Virus record (IMG/VR): IMGVR_UViG_3300042311_000607
Location: 1-63,588 of that record
DNA length: 63,588 bases
Source of the DNA: a virus
Taxonomy: Duplodnaviria > Caudoviricetes
Direction: 5' to 3' (one strand)
Below are positions 55,120 through 62,954 of the stretch, piece after piece (the first letter of the stretch is position 1; the number at the start of each line of letters is the position of its first letter). Under the pieces are notes generated by a model. The model was not told the origin of the DNA, searched no databases, and saw only the letters and a program-made list of their open reading frames with translations. Both the position numbers and the translations under genes were made by a program.

Positions 55120-55449
55120 TCAGAGAGTGCAGCCGCCTTCCCGATACCCGTCATGATTCATTGCTGGCTCTTTCCGACGTCTTGACGGGACGCCGTGCTG
55201 CTCGAAGCACGCGACCCCGACAGCTACGACCTTGCGCAACTCGTCAAGCGCAGACTCGTCGCCCCGGCTCTCGGCGAACGCTAGCTCTGCGTCAGCAAGC
55301 AGCTTTCGCATTAGGGTTAGGTAGGTGCCGACCTCTCGCGGCCGCGACGTAATAGGCCCCCACTTCTGGTCCTGAAAGCTGCGCTCGCCGATGACTGCGG
55401 CCAGCGCATCCGCCTGGCGCGCGCTTGTGCAATTCAGTTCTGTGCTCAT
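55120..55449 (-). CDS. Putative MazG-like all-alpha protein
   Basis: ER.FQDQKWG...DELRKVVAVGVAC.E; GGAGAA SD. Confidence 0.55.
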   Translation of the reverse strand: MSTELNCTSARQADALAAVIGERSFQDQKWGPITSRPREVGTYLTLMRKLLADAELAFAESRGDESALDELRKVVAVGVACFEQHGVPSRRRKEPAMNHDGYREGGCTL

Positions 55450-55482
55450 GGTGTTCTCCGTTATTGGGTGTGCGGTGCGTTC

Positions 55483-55652
55483 AGTGCTGGCGGCTGCCGG
55501 GACTCGAACCCGGATTGCCGCAGTTTCGTCGCGCTGATCTGCGACACGTGGGTTTAACCTTGAGCGCGGAAGCGGGCCTCTCGGCTTGCGCCCCATCCGT
55601 ATTGGCTTAGTCCACACGCCTGTATGCCAGTTCCAGTACAACCGCCAGCACT
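55483..55652 (-). ncRNA. tRNA-like structured RNA (Leu-like, class II) with insertion and extended acceptor stem
   Basis: 14-bp terminal stem; D arm CTG-GAACTGGCATA-CAG; 8-bp variable arm; T arm CCGGG-TTCGAGT-CCCGG; intergenic. Confidence 0.7.
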
Positions 55653-55659
55653 CAAAGCA

Positions 55660-55974
55660 CTAAACCTTTGGCCGCTTCGGTTCCAGCTTCACCCAGTGCC
55701 GGAACGAAAGATCCCAATCGACATCTTCGCCCTCATTGCGCCATGTCGGATTGCCGGATGTCCGGCTCCATACGTTCCAGATGCAGCACTCCCGCGTGCG
55801 GGCCAGCAGCTTGAGCTTGGTTTCACCCCAGCGCACAGACGTCCCTTCCCGGCCGACGATGACATCGCCGATCTCAAGCCCGAGCTGTCTGGACTGTGCC
55901 GCAGGCGTTCCGGGCCGCGGCCTTTTGCCCAGTTTCTTTGCTGCTGCGGCCGCCTGTTTCACGAAGGCGCTCAC
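55660..55974 (-). CDS. Hypothetical protein
   Basis: GTGA overlap; LGLEIGDVIVGRE...W.L..R.W. Confidence 0.65.
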   Translation of the reverse strand: MSAFVKQAAAAAKKLGKRPRPGTPAAQSRQLGLEIGDVIVGREGTSVRWGETKLKLLARTRECCIWNVWSRTSGNPTWRNEGEDVDWDLSFRHWVKLEPKRPKV

Positions 55975-56294
55975 GACCGCACCGCCCGTATCGCACGCCG
56001 CGCGTTGCTGATCGCGCGCTCCAGCCGCAGGCGTGAGTGTTCAAGGTCCGCCCACTGCTCCGGGTGCGTGCTCGACAGGATCGGCACCTGCTGCTTGGTC
56101 ATCGTCTTCATGGCCTGGCTGCTTTCAGCGAGGTGCCGGTTGGCGGCACAGATCAGCTGGCTGGCTTCGCGCACCCACTGCGCGTTGGCGCTCTCACGGC
56201 CGGCGATCAGGCCAGCGTGGTAGCCGTGCATCTCGCTCATCGGCCGCGCGCCCAGGTATCGGACCCACAGCAGGAAATTTCGGATCAGTCGCAT
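55971..56294 (-). CDS. Hypothetical protein
   Basis: GGAGG SD. Confidence 0.6.
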   Translation of the reverse strand: MRLIRNFLLWVRYLGARPMSEMHGYHAGLIAGRESANAQWVREASQLICAANRHLAESSQAMKTMTKQQVPILSSTHPEQWADLEHSRLRLERAISNARRAIRAVRS

Positions 56295-56306
56295 GTCGCC
56301 TCCAAG

Positions 56307-56331
56307 ACCCGGCCGCACGCGGCGGCCGGGT
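56307..56331. terminator. 10-bp GC hairpin between genes
   Basis: ACCCGGCCGC-ACGCG-GCGGCCGGGT. Confidence 0.45.
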
Positions 56332-56357
56332 GGTAGAACCGTAGTCAGCCGCCCGGA

Positions 56358-57302
56358 TCAGGGCGCGAAGGTGCCGATAAAGCTCGGAACGTCCAGGCGC
56401 TCCTTCAGCAGGGTCTGGAACTCGTCCGCCATCTCCTTGTTCAGGGCTTCGAGCCCGGTCACGCGGAGCGACATGCGCATCGCCTTGCCCTCAGTCGGCG
56501 GGTAGACCGTCAGCACCGCATCGACCGCGCGCAACTTCAGATCCTCGTACGGGTGCAGGCTGAAACGGAAACCGGCCGGCAGCTCCAGACCGTCGCCGCT
56601 GCGCATCTGCAGGGCTTCGAAGCTCGACAGCTCGGCCCCGTGGGCCTGCAGCTTGCTCGACGCGCTCTGCGAGGCCTCGGTCTTGACATGCAGCACCGCC
56701 TGAATTGCCGCCGTGACGGTATCGCGGGGCAGGGCTTCAGTGATCAGGCCCGGGTCGCCGTAGAGCGGGGTGAAGATGCCACGCCAGTCCTGCAGCCAGT
56801 CAGCCATCTGGCGCTGGGTGAGCTGCGTCTGGTTCACTTCCATCAGCGCCTTCCACTCGGCCGACTGCACCAGCTTCAGCTTGGCCAGGTCATCGCAGTG
56901 CCCGGGCGCGGACAGGTCGCCGAGGTTGTGGATGCCGACGGCCGTGAAGGTTTCCGGATCGACAAACAGGGTGGTGCTGTCGGGCCCGCGGCCGGCCTCC
57001 CGATAGCTCATGACATCGCTGATGTCACCGCCTTCGCCTGTTTCCGGCGACTCGCCAGCGTCCGCGCGCCCGCCCTGGGCTTCCATCGAGCGGATCGCCA
57101 CATACTGCACAAAGGCCGACAGCGAGCGGGTAGCGAAGGTGCCGCGGAAGCGATCGCGGAGCGGGCGCAGCTTTTCGAGGTTGTGGACCTGGCCGCCAAG
57201 CACGAGGGCGTGCGGCAAGGTGCCGAGGTGGCTGAATTGCGTCGACTGACTGGCCTGAACGGCCAGATCAGCGACAGCATTAACAGCGGATGCGTCTTGC
57301 AT
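56358..57302 (-). CDS. DUF2303 (YfdQ-like) family protein
   Basis: LEKLRP.RDRFRG.F.T.S...F..Y; NLG....PGHCDD.A.L; Q..MADWL.DW; LP..F.F...PYE.L; FIGTF. Confidence 0.85.
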   Translation of the reverse strand: MQDASAVNAVADLAVQASQSTQFSHLGTLPHALVLGGQVHNLEKLRPLRDRFRGTFATRSLSAFVQYVAIRSMEAQGGRADAGESPETGEGGDISDVMSYREAGRGPDSTTLFVDPETFTAVGIHNLGDLSAPGHCDDLAKLKLVQSAEWKALMEVNQTQLTQRQMADWLQDWRGIFTPLYGDPGLITEALPRDTVTAAIQAVLHVKTEASQSASSKLQAHGAELSSFEALQMRSGDGLELPAGFRFSLHPYEDLKLRAVDAVLTVYPPTEGKAMRMSLRVTGLEALNKEMADEFQTLLKERLDVPSFIGTFAP

Positions 57303-57359
57303 GTGGGTGTTCCTTGCGTGGTGAGTGGTGTCGCGCCCGGCATGCCCTGCCGGCAGGGG

Positions 57360-57770
57360 TTACTTGTTGCGGCCGCCCTTCTGCGGCAGTTCCAGCTCCA
57401 GCTGGTCCGGGCCCTGGAAGGGTGTAACGCCGCCGCCCTTCTGGACAAACATGACGGCCTCGCCGCCCGTTTCCTCGGACTTCTTGCCGCGCGCAGTCGG
57501 GCACTTGAAGGTCAGCGTGTGGGTCAGCTCGACCTGGCTGGTGCCCTTGATCGGCTTCGTGGAGACCTTGAACAGCAGCTCGCCCTTGCCCTGATGCAGC
57601 GCAGACGACAGCGAGATGTTGTTCAGGGCCACAGAGAGCGCGTCCTTGACCGCGCCGCCGTCCAAGTCGTCCAGCAGCTGCGGGAAGGTGTGCAGCCGCG
57701 TATTGGGCGTCTGCATGGTGGGAACGCCGCTGATCGGCGCGACATTGGCGGGTTTCTCGTCGTTGCTCAT
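57360..57770 (-). CDS. Hypothetical protein, usual partner of DUF2303 (YfdP-like)
   Basis: LLDDLDGG...V...H.L.F..PT.RG...EE.....MFV..GG; GGAGG SD. Confidence 0.75.
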   Translation of the reverse strand: MSNDEKPANVAPISGVPTMQTPNTRLHTFPQLLDDLDGGAVKDALSVALNNISLSSALHQGKGELLFKVSTKPIKGTSQVELTHTLTFKCPTARGKKSEETGGEAVMFVQKGGGVTPFQGPDQLELELPQKGGRNK

Positions 57771-57806
57771 TGCGTGGTGCCTCCGTGATAGGCCCGGATG
57801 GGTCGG

Positions 57807-58142
57807 TTAGTTGGGTTTGGTGGTGGTGTCGACGCCATCCAGAAGGTCGGCAGCCATGTGCTTGCGCGCCTGTGCCGCCAGATCCTCCAAGGCCGCTAGC
57901 AAAGCCTCAGAACCGAACAGCTCGTAAATTTGTCCGGCGAGAGCCGCCGCTAGCCCACCGAGCAGTTCACCGGTGCGCTGCGGATCAGGCTCTGTGCTTC
58001 CCTTGCCTGTTGCCAGGGTGCAAACCATCGGCCAGATCACTGCCTCGAACAGGCTATGCGCCTGCTCGCTGGGCTCGTCTGCGAGGCGGATTTCAACCGA
58101 CAGTCCGTGCACGACGGGAGCGGATTCAGATTTGTCGGACAT
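57807..58142 (-). CDS. Hypothetical protein
   Basis: AAGGA SD before ATG 58142. Confidence 0.6.
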   Translation of the reverse strand: MSDKSESAPVVHGLSVEIRLADEPSEQAHSLFEAVIWPMVCTLATGKGSTEPDPQRTGELLGGLAAALAGQIYELFGSEALLAALEDLAAQARKHMAADLLDGVDTTTKPN

Positions 58143-58241
58143 GTCAGATCCTTTCGGCAAGGGACCGCAGCCAGCGCCGGAACCGCGCGCGCAGCCGCTG
58201 AATCAGGGTGGGTGCGCCAAGGCGCGTGATGGTTGGCGGGA

Positions 58242-58688
58242 TCACGGCTTTTCGGCCAATGGCAGCTCGCCCGACGGGTAAATCTCCACAACCTCGGACC
58301 CGCCAGACGGCGTAGTGAAGGTGGCCACCACGGACGGCGCCGTACCGGCCGCAGCCGCATCCAATCGGGACACGACCTGCTGCAGGTACGGATCGGCATC
58401 AGTGCCACCCAGCACCGTCGAGGGGTCGACAGCATCGCCCTCCAGCGGCAGCGCCGCCGTCGGCGACGTCTCGGCCTGCACCGCCCGCTCGATGACATGG
58501 CCATCGATCACAGCCTGGGCGCCGGCCAGCCCGTCGCACAGCTCGACATCGAACGTGCTGCGGCTGACGAAGTTCAATGCCTGCTCCTGTCGGTGGGCGA
58601 CGACAAAGCGAACGGCCGGCTTCGCGTCGGGCTCAGCTGCCGAAAGCCCTCGGCGAACAATGACGCGGTACAGATATTCCTTGGGCAT
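58242..58688 (-). CDS. Hypothetical protein
   Basis: GGAGG SD; RFVVA....QAL.FV....F.V. Confidence 0.65.
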   Translation of the reverse strand: MPKEYLYRVIVRRGLSAAEPDAKPAVRFVVAHRQEQALNFVSRSTFDVELCDGLAGAQAVIDGHVIERAVQAETSPTAALPLEGDAVDPSTVLGGTDADPYLQQVVSRLDAAAAGTAPSVVATFTTPSGGSEVVEIYPSGELPLAEKP

Positions 58689-58717
58689 GATTGCCTCCAT
58701 GGGGTGTTGCGGTGGGA

Positions 58718-58930
58718 TCAGAGAAGCGGGCGGCTGACTTCGAAGCGATCGCGGCAGCCGGCCGGGTAGAACAGATGGCGGGTTTCGCCGCCTTCGGTGT
58801 AGGTGTGCCGCGTGGTGTTGTCCGCCATGATTTCGACAGCCGTCGCCACGTACTCGAACGGCTCACCCACGGCCACCTGGGTGCGCTTGACGGTATCTCC
58901 GGGCCGGCACTCGACCGCGCGCAGGGTCAT
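58718..58930 (-). CDS. Hypothetical protein (70 aa)
   Basis: GC3-biased beta-rich ORF; AGGGG SD. Confidence 0.55.
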   Translation of the reverse strand: MTLRAVECRPGDTVKRTQVAVGEPFEYVATAVEIMADNTTRHTYTEGGETRHLFYPAGCRDRFEVSRPLL

Positions 58931-58946
58931 CGGCCAGCGGCCGCCC

Positions 58947-59186
58947 CTACCGCGCACGGTTGCGCCGGGCCTTTGCTGCTCGCCGGATCGCCCGCACGCC
59001 GCTGTGACGCTTCGCGGCGCGCCACGGCTTGTTCGGGAGCCAGCGGCAGCCGATGCGCCATGTCGAGCGCGGCCCGCTCCAGCCCTCAAAGCCAGCGCCG
59101 AGACGCGCGCCGCCGTGTGCATGCAGCGCCGCGCCAGCGGCCAATCCGAGCAGCATCCGTTCAATGAGTGGTCCCAAGATGCCCAT
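58947..59186 (-). CDS. Hypothetical basic protein
   Basis: GGGAG SD; C-terminal RAAKARRNRAR. Confidence 0.5.
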   Translation of the reverse strand: MGILGPLIERMLLGLAAGAALHAHGGARLGAGFEGWSGPRSTWRIGCRWLPNKPWRAAKRHSGVRAIRRAAKARRNRAR

Positions 59187-59187
59187 G

Positions 59188-59445
59188 TCAGCGCTCCCGA
59201 GCTTTGAGCTGATTCGCCCGCGCCTGACCGATGCGCACTGCCTGCGTCGTGTTGAGGCCGTTGCGCTGCGCCCAGGCGACGGCCGCATCGGTGGTGGAGT
59301 CGCTGGCGCCGATCGTGCCGCAGTACGTGCGCACAACACGCTCAACGGCGGGGCGGTCCAGCAGCTCCGGTGGGCGATCGGTCACCGGCAGGACCGGGCG
59401 GAAGTCCAGCCCGGCAACGAGGGAAGGTGTAGCGGCGTGGTGCAT
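59188..59445 (-). CDS. Hypothetical protein, first leftward gene
   Basis: GGAG SD; downstream of the leftward promoter. Confidence 0.6.
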   Translation of the reverse strand: MHHAATPSLVAGLDFRPVLPVTDRPPELLDRPAVERVVRTYCGTIGASDSTTDAAVAWAQRNGLNTTQAVRIGQARANQLKARER

Positions 59446-59473
59446 GGCGTGCTCCGGCTGTGATGACGGTGCC

Positions 59474-59502
59474 ACGATAGCAACAGGAATTACATTCCGC
59501 AA
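59474..59502 (-). promoter_or_regulatory. Leftward sigma70-like promoter (pL-like)
   Basis: TTGCGG-17bp-TATCGT on the minus strand; GGAAT-TAC-ATTCC inverted repeat at 59486-59498. Confidence 0.55.
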
Positions 59503-59508
59503 GGGGGG

Positions 59509-59537
59509 TTGACAAAATAATCAAAAAAAAAGATGAT
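59509..59537 (+). promoter_or_regulatory. Rightward sigma70-like promoter (pR-like)
   Basis: TTGACA-17bp-GATGAT; A9 tract in the spacer. Confidence 0.7.
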
Positions 59538-59566
59538 GGCCCCAACGCCGAAAGCTGGAGCACTGA

Positions 59567-59968
59567 GTGAACGACTTTGACCTTGCTGTGCTGATCGTCG
59601 GCAAGCCCGCCGAGCTGGCGCGGCGCCTGGGCTGCAGCCGGCAAAACCTGATAGAGAGATCGAAGGGCAGCGTGCTGAACCCTGACCTGGCGGGCCGGAT
59701 TGAGCTCGCCGTCCGCGCTGCAGTCGCCGAAGACCCCGAAGCCGCCGCGCGCGCCGATATGGTTGGGCGCCTGCCGACTGCTGAGGCGATGTCCCCCGGC
59801 CGAGTGTTCCTGCGCGAGCCGGACGGCGGCCTGCACCTGACGATTGGCCGCGTACCGAACCCGGTGCTGAGCCGCCGCAAGGCGTCACGCCCCGCCGCGC
59901 GCGTGCTGACGCATGGCCGGATGTCGTCGCCGATCGTCACCGGCCGCCGCAGGCCCGACCCCGCATGA
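59567..59968 (+). CDS. Cro-like HTH regulator
   Basis: AVLIVGKPAELARRLGCSRQNL; GGAG SD; first rightward gene. Confidence 0.7.
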   Translation: MNDFDLAVLIVGKPAELARRLGCSRQNLIERSKGSVLNPDLAGRIELAVRAAVAEDPEAAARADMVGRLPTAEAMSPGRVFLREPDGGLHLTIGRVPNPVLSRRKASRPAARVLTHGRMSSPIVTGRRRPDPA

Positions 59969-60375
59969 ACGTCGACACCGCATGGATTGCCCTCCCGCTG
60001 GAGCCGTGCCGCGTGTACGCCAAGCGTGCGGACCACGGCACCGAAGTCGAGCTCGGCGCACGCCCTGGGAAGGATTGGCAGTTCGTGGGCTGGGCCAGCC
60101 GCGGCACCCTGCTCGAAACCTTCCGCCGCGACTGCGCGGCCGCACTGGGTCACGTCGAAATGGCAGTGACGGCCGCTCTGCAGGAGGGCTACGACAGCCC
60201 ATACGGCCTCGCCACCAGCGGGATTTCGTCAACGCGGCGCGTGTACGAGGCCTGCGCAGCGATGCGTCAGCGGCGCAAGGTGGTCGAGATCCCCATGTTC
60301 GAGCCCGCTGTCCGCGTGCATCGGCACCTGGTGATGGAGCCGAAGGTGGTGCTGGCACTCGCTGAGGCCATGTGA
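59965..60375 (+). CDS. Hypothetical protein
   Basis: ATGA overlap; GC3 bias. Confidence 0.6.
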   Translation: MNVDTAWIALPLEPCRVYAKRADHGTEVELGARPGKDWQFVGWASRGTLLETFRRDCAAALGHVEMAVTAALQEGYDSPYGLATSGISSTRRVYEACAAMRQRRKVVEIPMFEPAVRVHRHLVMEPKVVLALAEAM

Positions 60376-60731
60376 TGCAAAGCTCCCTACCCGCCGCAAC
60401 CGAGGCCCAGAAATGGCGCTTCGTGCTGATGAAGGAAATCGGCTGCGTGTGCTGCATCCTGCGCGGCTGGCACAACGTGCCGCCGGAGATCCACCACCTG
60501 AAGTCGGGAAACATGCGGATCAGCCACGACCACACCGTGGCGCTGTGCCAGTGGCACCACAAGGCGTGGCCGCATGAAGGCCGATCGCACGCATGGTGCC
60601 GCAAGAACCTCGGCGGCAGCCTCCTGGAATCGCCGCGCGATCTACACGCAGAATTCGGCAGCGACACCGAGCTGCTGATCATCCAAAACGCATTCATCGC
60701 TGCAGCCACCGGAGAACCCCATGGCACGTAA
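60375..60731 (+). CDS. Ref-like (recombination enhancement) HNH-type nuclease
   Basis: IGCVCC...PPEIHHL...HDHTVALCQWHH...SL....R.....FGSD.ELL. Confidence 0.75.
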   Translation: MQSSLPAATEAQKWRFVLMKEIGCVCCILRGWHNVPPEIHHLKSGNMRISHDHTVALCQWHHKAWPHEGRSHAWCRKNLGGSLLESPRDLHAEFGSDTELLIIQNAFIAAATGEPHGT

Positions 60732-61023
60732 CCCCAGAGCACTGCCGCAGACCCTGCCGGAGATCAGCGACTTCCGCGCCCGGCTGGACAAGGCCCAGCA
60801 CGCGAAGGCGATGAGCTGGCTGTACGAGCGCAAGAGCTGGACGGTGGGCGACATGTGCCGTCACCTGATCGACGCGAAGATCATCCACACCGAGCGGAAG
60901 CTTCTGATCGAGGCATACCACGCCGTTGACCGCCTGCTGCGCGAGCTGATCAAGGCAGGCAAGGTCCGCGTCATCCCGTCCGAGCACCTGCTGATGTACG
61001 CCTGGGTGCGCAACGATGGCTGA
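60721..61023 (+). CDS. Hypothetical protein (possible winged helix)
   Basis: GGAGA SD; VDRLLRELIKAGKV. Confidence 0.6.
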   Translation: MARNPRALPQTLPEISDFRARLDKAQHAKAMSWLYERKSWTVGDMCRHLIDAKIIHTERKLLIEAYHAVDRLLRELIKAGKVRVIPSEHLLMYAWVRNDG

Positions 61024-61198
61024 GCGCGCTGTCTACGTCCCCGAGCTGCAGCTGCTGCACGCCATTCGGGGCGCCCTACGGGTCGAGCGCGAGAGCGAGC
61101 GGCCTTTGATCCTGGCCGGAGTCAGCGATTGGCTGGCACGGACCGGGCACACGATGCCGCGGATGACCGCGGCGATCAACCTGGACGAAACCACATGA
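61016..61198 (+). CDS. Hypothetical protein
   Basis: Overlaps both neighbours. Confidence 0.5.
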   Translation: MAERAVYVPELQLLHAIRGALRVERESERPLILAGVSDWLARTGHTMPRMTAAINLDETT

Positions 61199-62073
61199 AT
61201 GACACAGCCAACAACACCATCGGCAACATCCGTCGCGCGGACCTTGGCCCAGTCAACGACGACGATGTTGAACGCGCAATCGTCACTGAGATCTACACTT
61301 GCGTGTATGACGAGCCGCTGGTGCTCTCCGGGCAATTGGGGCAGCTCAGCGTTGTCCGGTGCACCCTGCACGCAGGCCCTATCACCGCGAGTTGGATGGC
61401 ATCTGTCGGGCCATTCTCCGTTTCAGCGGAAGATTGGGATACCGGCCGCCGGCAAGCTCGCGCTGGGGCCATTGAGGTGCTGCGCAAACAGCTGGGCGAA
61501 GAGATGGTAAAGGTTGACCTTACCGAGCCTTCGGCCCTTGCCCAGAGCGCTGAAGCCGCCACGGCCTTGGGCGCCGCATGCAGCAGCGGTGCGGGGCGCC
61601 CCACTCCAGCGCACGAGGGCGCAGGCGTTGCCTGGAACACCCCCCAGCGGACAACCCTCGTAAGCGGCGGCGCCAGCAGTTCGTTCGGCTACGCCAACGC
61701 AGGCGAGACACCCGAAGCCAGCTGCCGCGCCGTTGACCCAGGCCCGCCTGTGCTGGTGCCGCGTGGGAGCATTGAGCAGGTGCTGGACGGCGAGGTGCGC
61801 CGCGAGATCATTGAACAAACGGACAGCACCCGGATCACGCACTATCCGCGAATTCGACCCTATGAAGAAGACGGCCGCGCGGAGGCGTTCACTGCTCGGA
61901 CCGAGGTCCGTTCACGTTTCGGATTGCACGCTTTCGAGGTTACGGTGGATGACCCAGACAAAGTGCGTGCAGATGCTGCGGTGCTCAGTGCCAAGATGGC
62001 GGCCCGGCAACAGCTCCGCGACGCCCTGAACGACGAGCTGATCGAGAAGCCCGAGGGGAGCCCGCCGCAGTGA
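61195..62073 (+). CDS. Hypothetical protein with divergent Gp49-like N-terminus
   Basis: VNDDDVERAIV.E.Y...C.L......DTGRRQARAGAI resembles 11705-12145. Confidence 0.6.
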   Translation: MNDTANNTIGNIRRADLGPVNDDDVERAIVTEIYTCVYDEPLVLSGQLGQLSVVRCTLHAGPITASWMASVGPFSVSAEDWDTGRRQARAGAIEVLRKQLGEEMVKVDLTEPSALAQSAEAATALGAACSSGAGRPTPAHEGAGVAWNTPQRTTLVSGGASSSFGYANAGETPEASCRAVDPGPPVLVPRGSIEQVLDGEVRREIIEQTDSTRITHYPRIRPYEEDGRAEAFTARTEVRSRFGLHAFEVTVDDPDKVRADAAVLSAKMAARQQLRDALNDELIEKPEGSPPQ

Positions 62074-62537
62074 GCGCCGCGCCGCCAATCCCACCAGAGC
62101 TGTTCGCGATCGGCCAGAGCCTGCTGGCTGATCGCAAGGACAACACGCACTGCACCGCGGACCCGATTTACACGGTGCAGAAAGAGCACCGGGTGTATTG
62201 GGTCGAGGATGGCGAAGACGGGGCAGTGTGGATTGAGGATGGCGAAGAGTGCGACGCTGCGCTGTCGGCCAGGCTGGAGCGCCGGCACCGCCGAGGGTGG
62301 GAGATCCCTGAGCGCTACAAGCGGTGCGGGTTCCTGGTCACCTGGGAGTTCGTTGACGTCTTCCTGTCGATTGAGGCAGCCAAGGCGATGGTCGAGAACA
62401 TGAATCGGCGCCACGGAGAGAGGCACCGCCTGTACGTGGAGAGCGGCTACCGAAACCACGAGTGGCAGCTGCTGCAGACGTTCCTGATGGACCTTGCCAA
62501 GCACCACAACGCGACCGCCGGAGCGCCCAATGGCTGA
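62070..62537 (+). CDS. Ead/Ea22-associated-like domain protein
   Basis: TADPIY.VQ...WEFV..F....AA...LYVESGYRN.E. Confidence 0.65.
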   Translation: MSAAPPIPPELFAIGQSLLADRKDNTHCTADPIYTVQKEHRVYWVEDGEDGAVWIEDGEECDAALSARLERRHRRGWEIPERYKRCGFLVTWEFVDVFLSIEAAKAMVENMNRRHGERHRLYVESGYRNHEWQLLQTFLMDLAKHHNATAGAPNG

Positions 62538-62760
62538 GCCCACCCACACCATCGGCTTCGCCCGATCTGATATTCCCCTGCTACACGAAGCGTTGACGCT
62601 GAAGGTGGCGCAGATTGACCAGGGTCTGGCCAGCATTCGCCGCACAGAGCGGATGACCAGCGCAGATGCTCGGGCGATCTTCCCGGGCTACCGACTGGAC
62701 GAGCAGCGGCGGCTGCGGTGCCAGGAGCTGATCGCCCATCTGAAGTCGCTGCCGCTGTAG
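62530..62760 (+). CDS. Hypothetical protein
   Basis: GGAG SD; overlap. Confidence 0.55.
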   Translation: MAEPTHTIGFARSDIPLLHEALTLKVAQIDQGLASIRRTERMTSADARAIFPGYRLDEQRRLRCQELIAHLKSLPL

Positions 62761-62763
62761 CAC

Positions 62764-62934
62764 ATGTACCGCTTGACGCCCACTGACCTGCGGCACCTGG
62801 CTTGGATGGCTAGGTGCCAGCAGATCGCGGACATCGAGCACACAGACGACGAGATCCGCGCCGCCGCGCGCGCGCTCGACCGAGAGCACCACCTACCCGA
62901 CCCTGAGCAGCTGGAGCTGCTGCCGGCCGAGTAA
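62764..62934 (+). CDS. Hypothetical protein (56 aa, MYRLTPTDLRHLAWM...)
   Basis: Fills the gap; GC3-biased. Confidence 0.5.
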   Translation: MYRLTPTDLRHLAWMARCQQIADIEHTDDEIRAAARALDREHHLPDPEQLELLPAE

Positions 62935-62954
62935 CCACCGGGGACCGTGACACC

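Noticed and set aside
55515-55550. Hammerhead ribozyme suggested by GACGAAAC
   Set aside because: No CUGANGA core on the same strand; the segment is the loop of the variable arm
403-57788. Long antisense and alternative-frame ORFs in the track (e.g. 403-1662, 12461-13741, 28006-29439, 56553-57788)
   Set aside because: Shadows of real genes expected in GC-rich DNA; no SD, no motifs, and no host-frame codon disturbance, unlike the nested ORFs at 38957-41248
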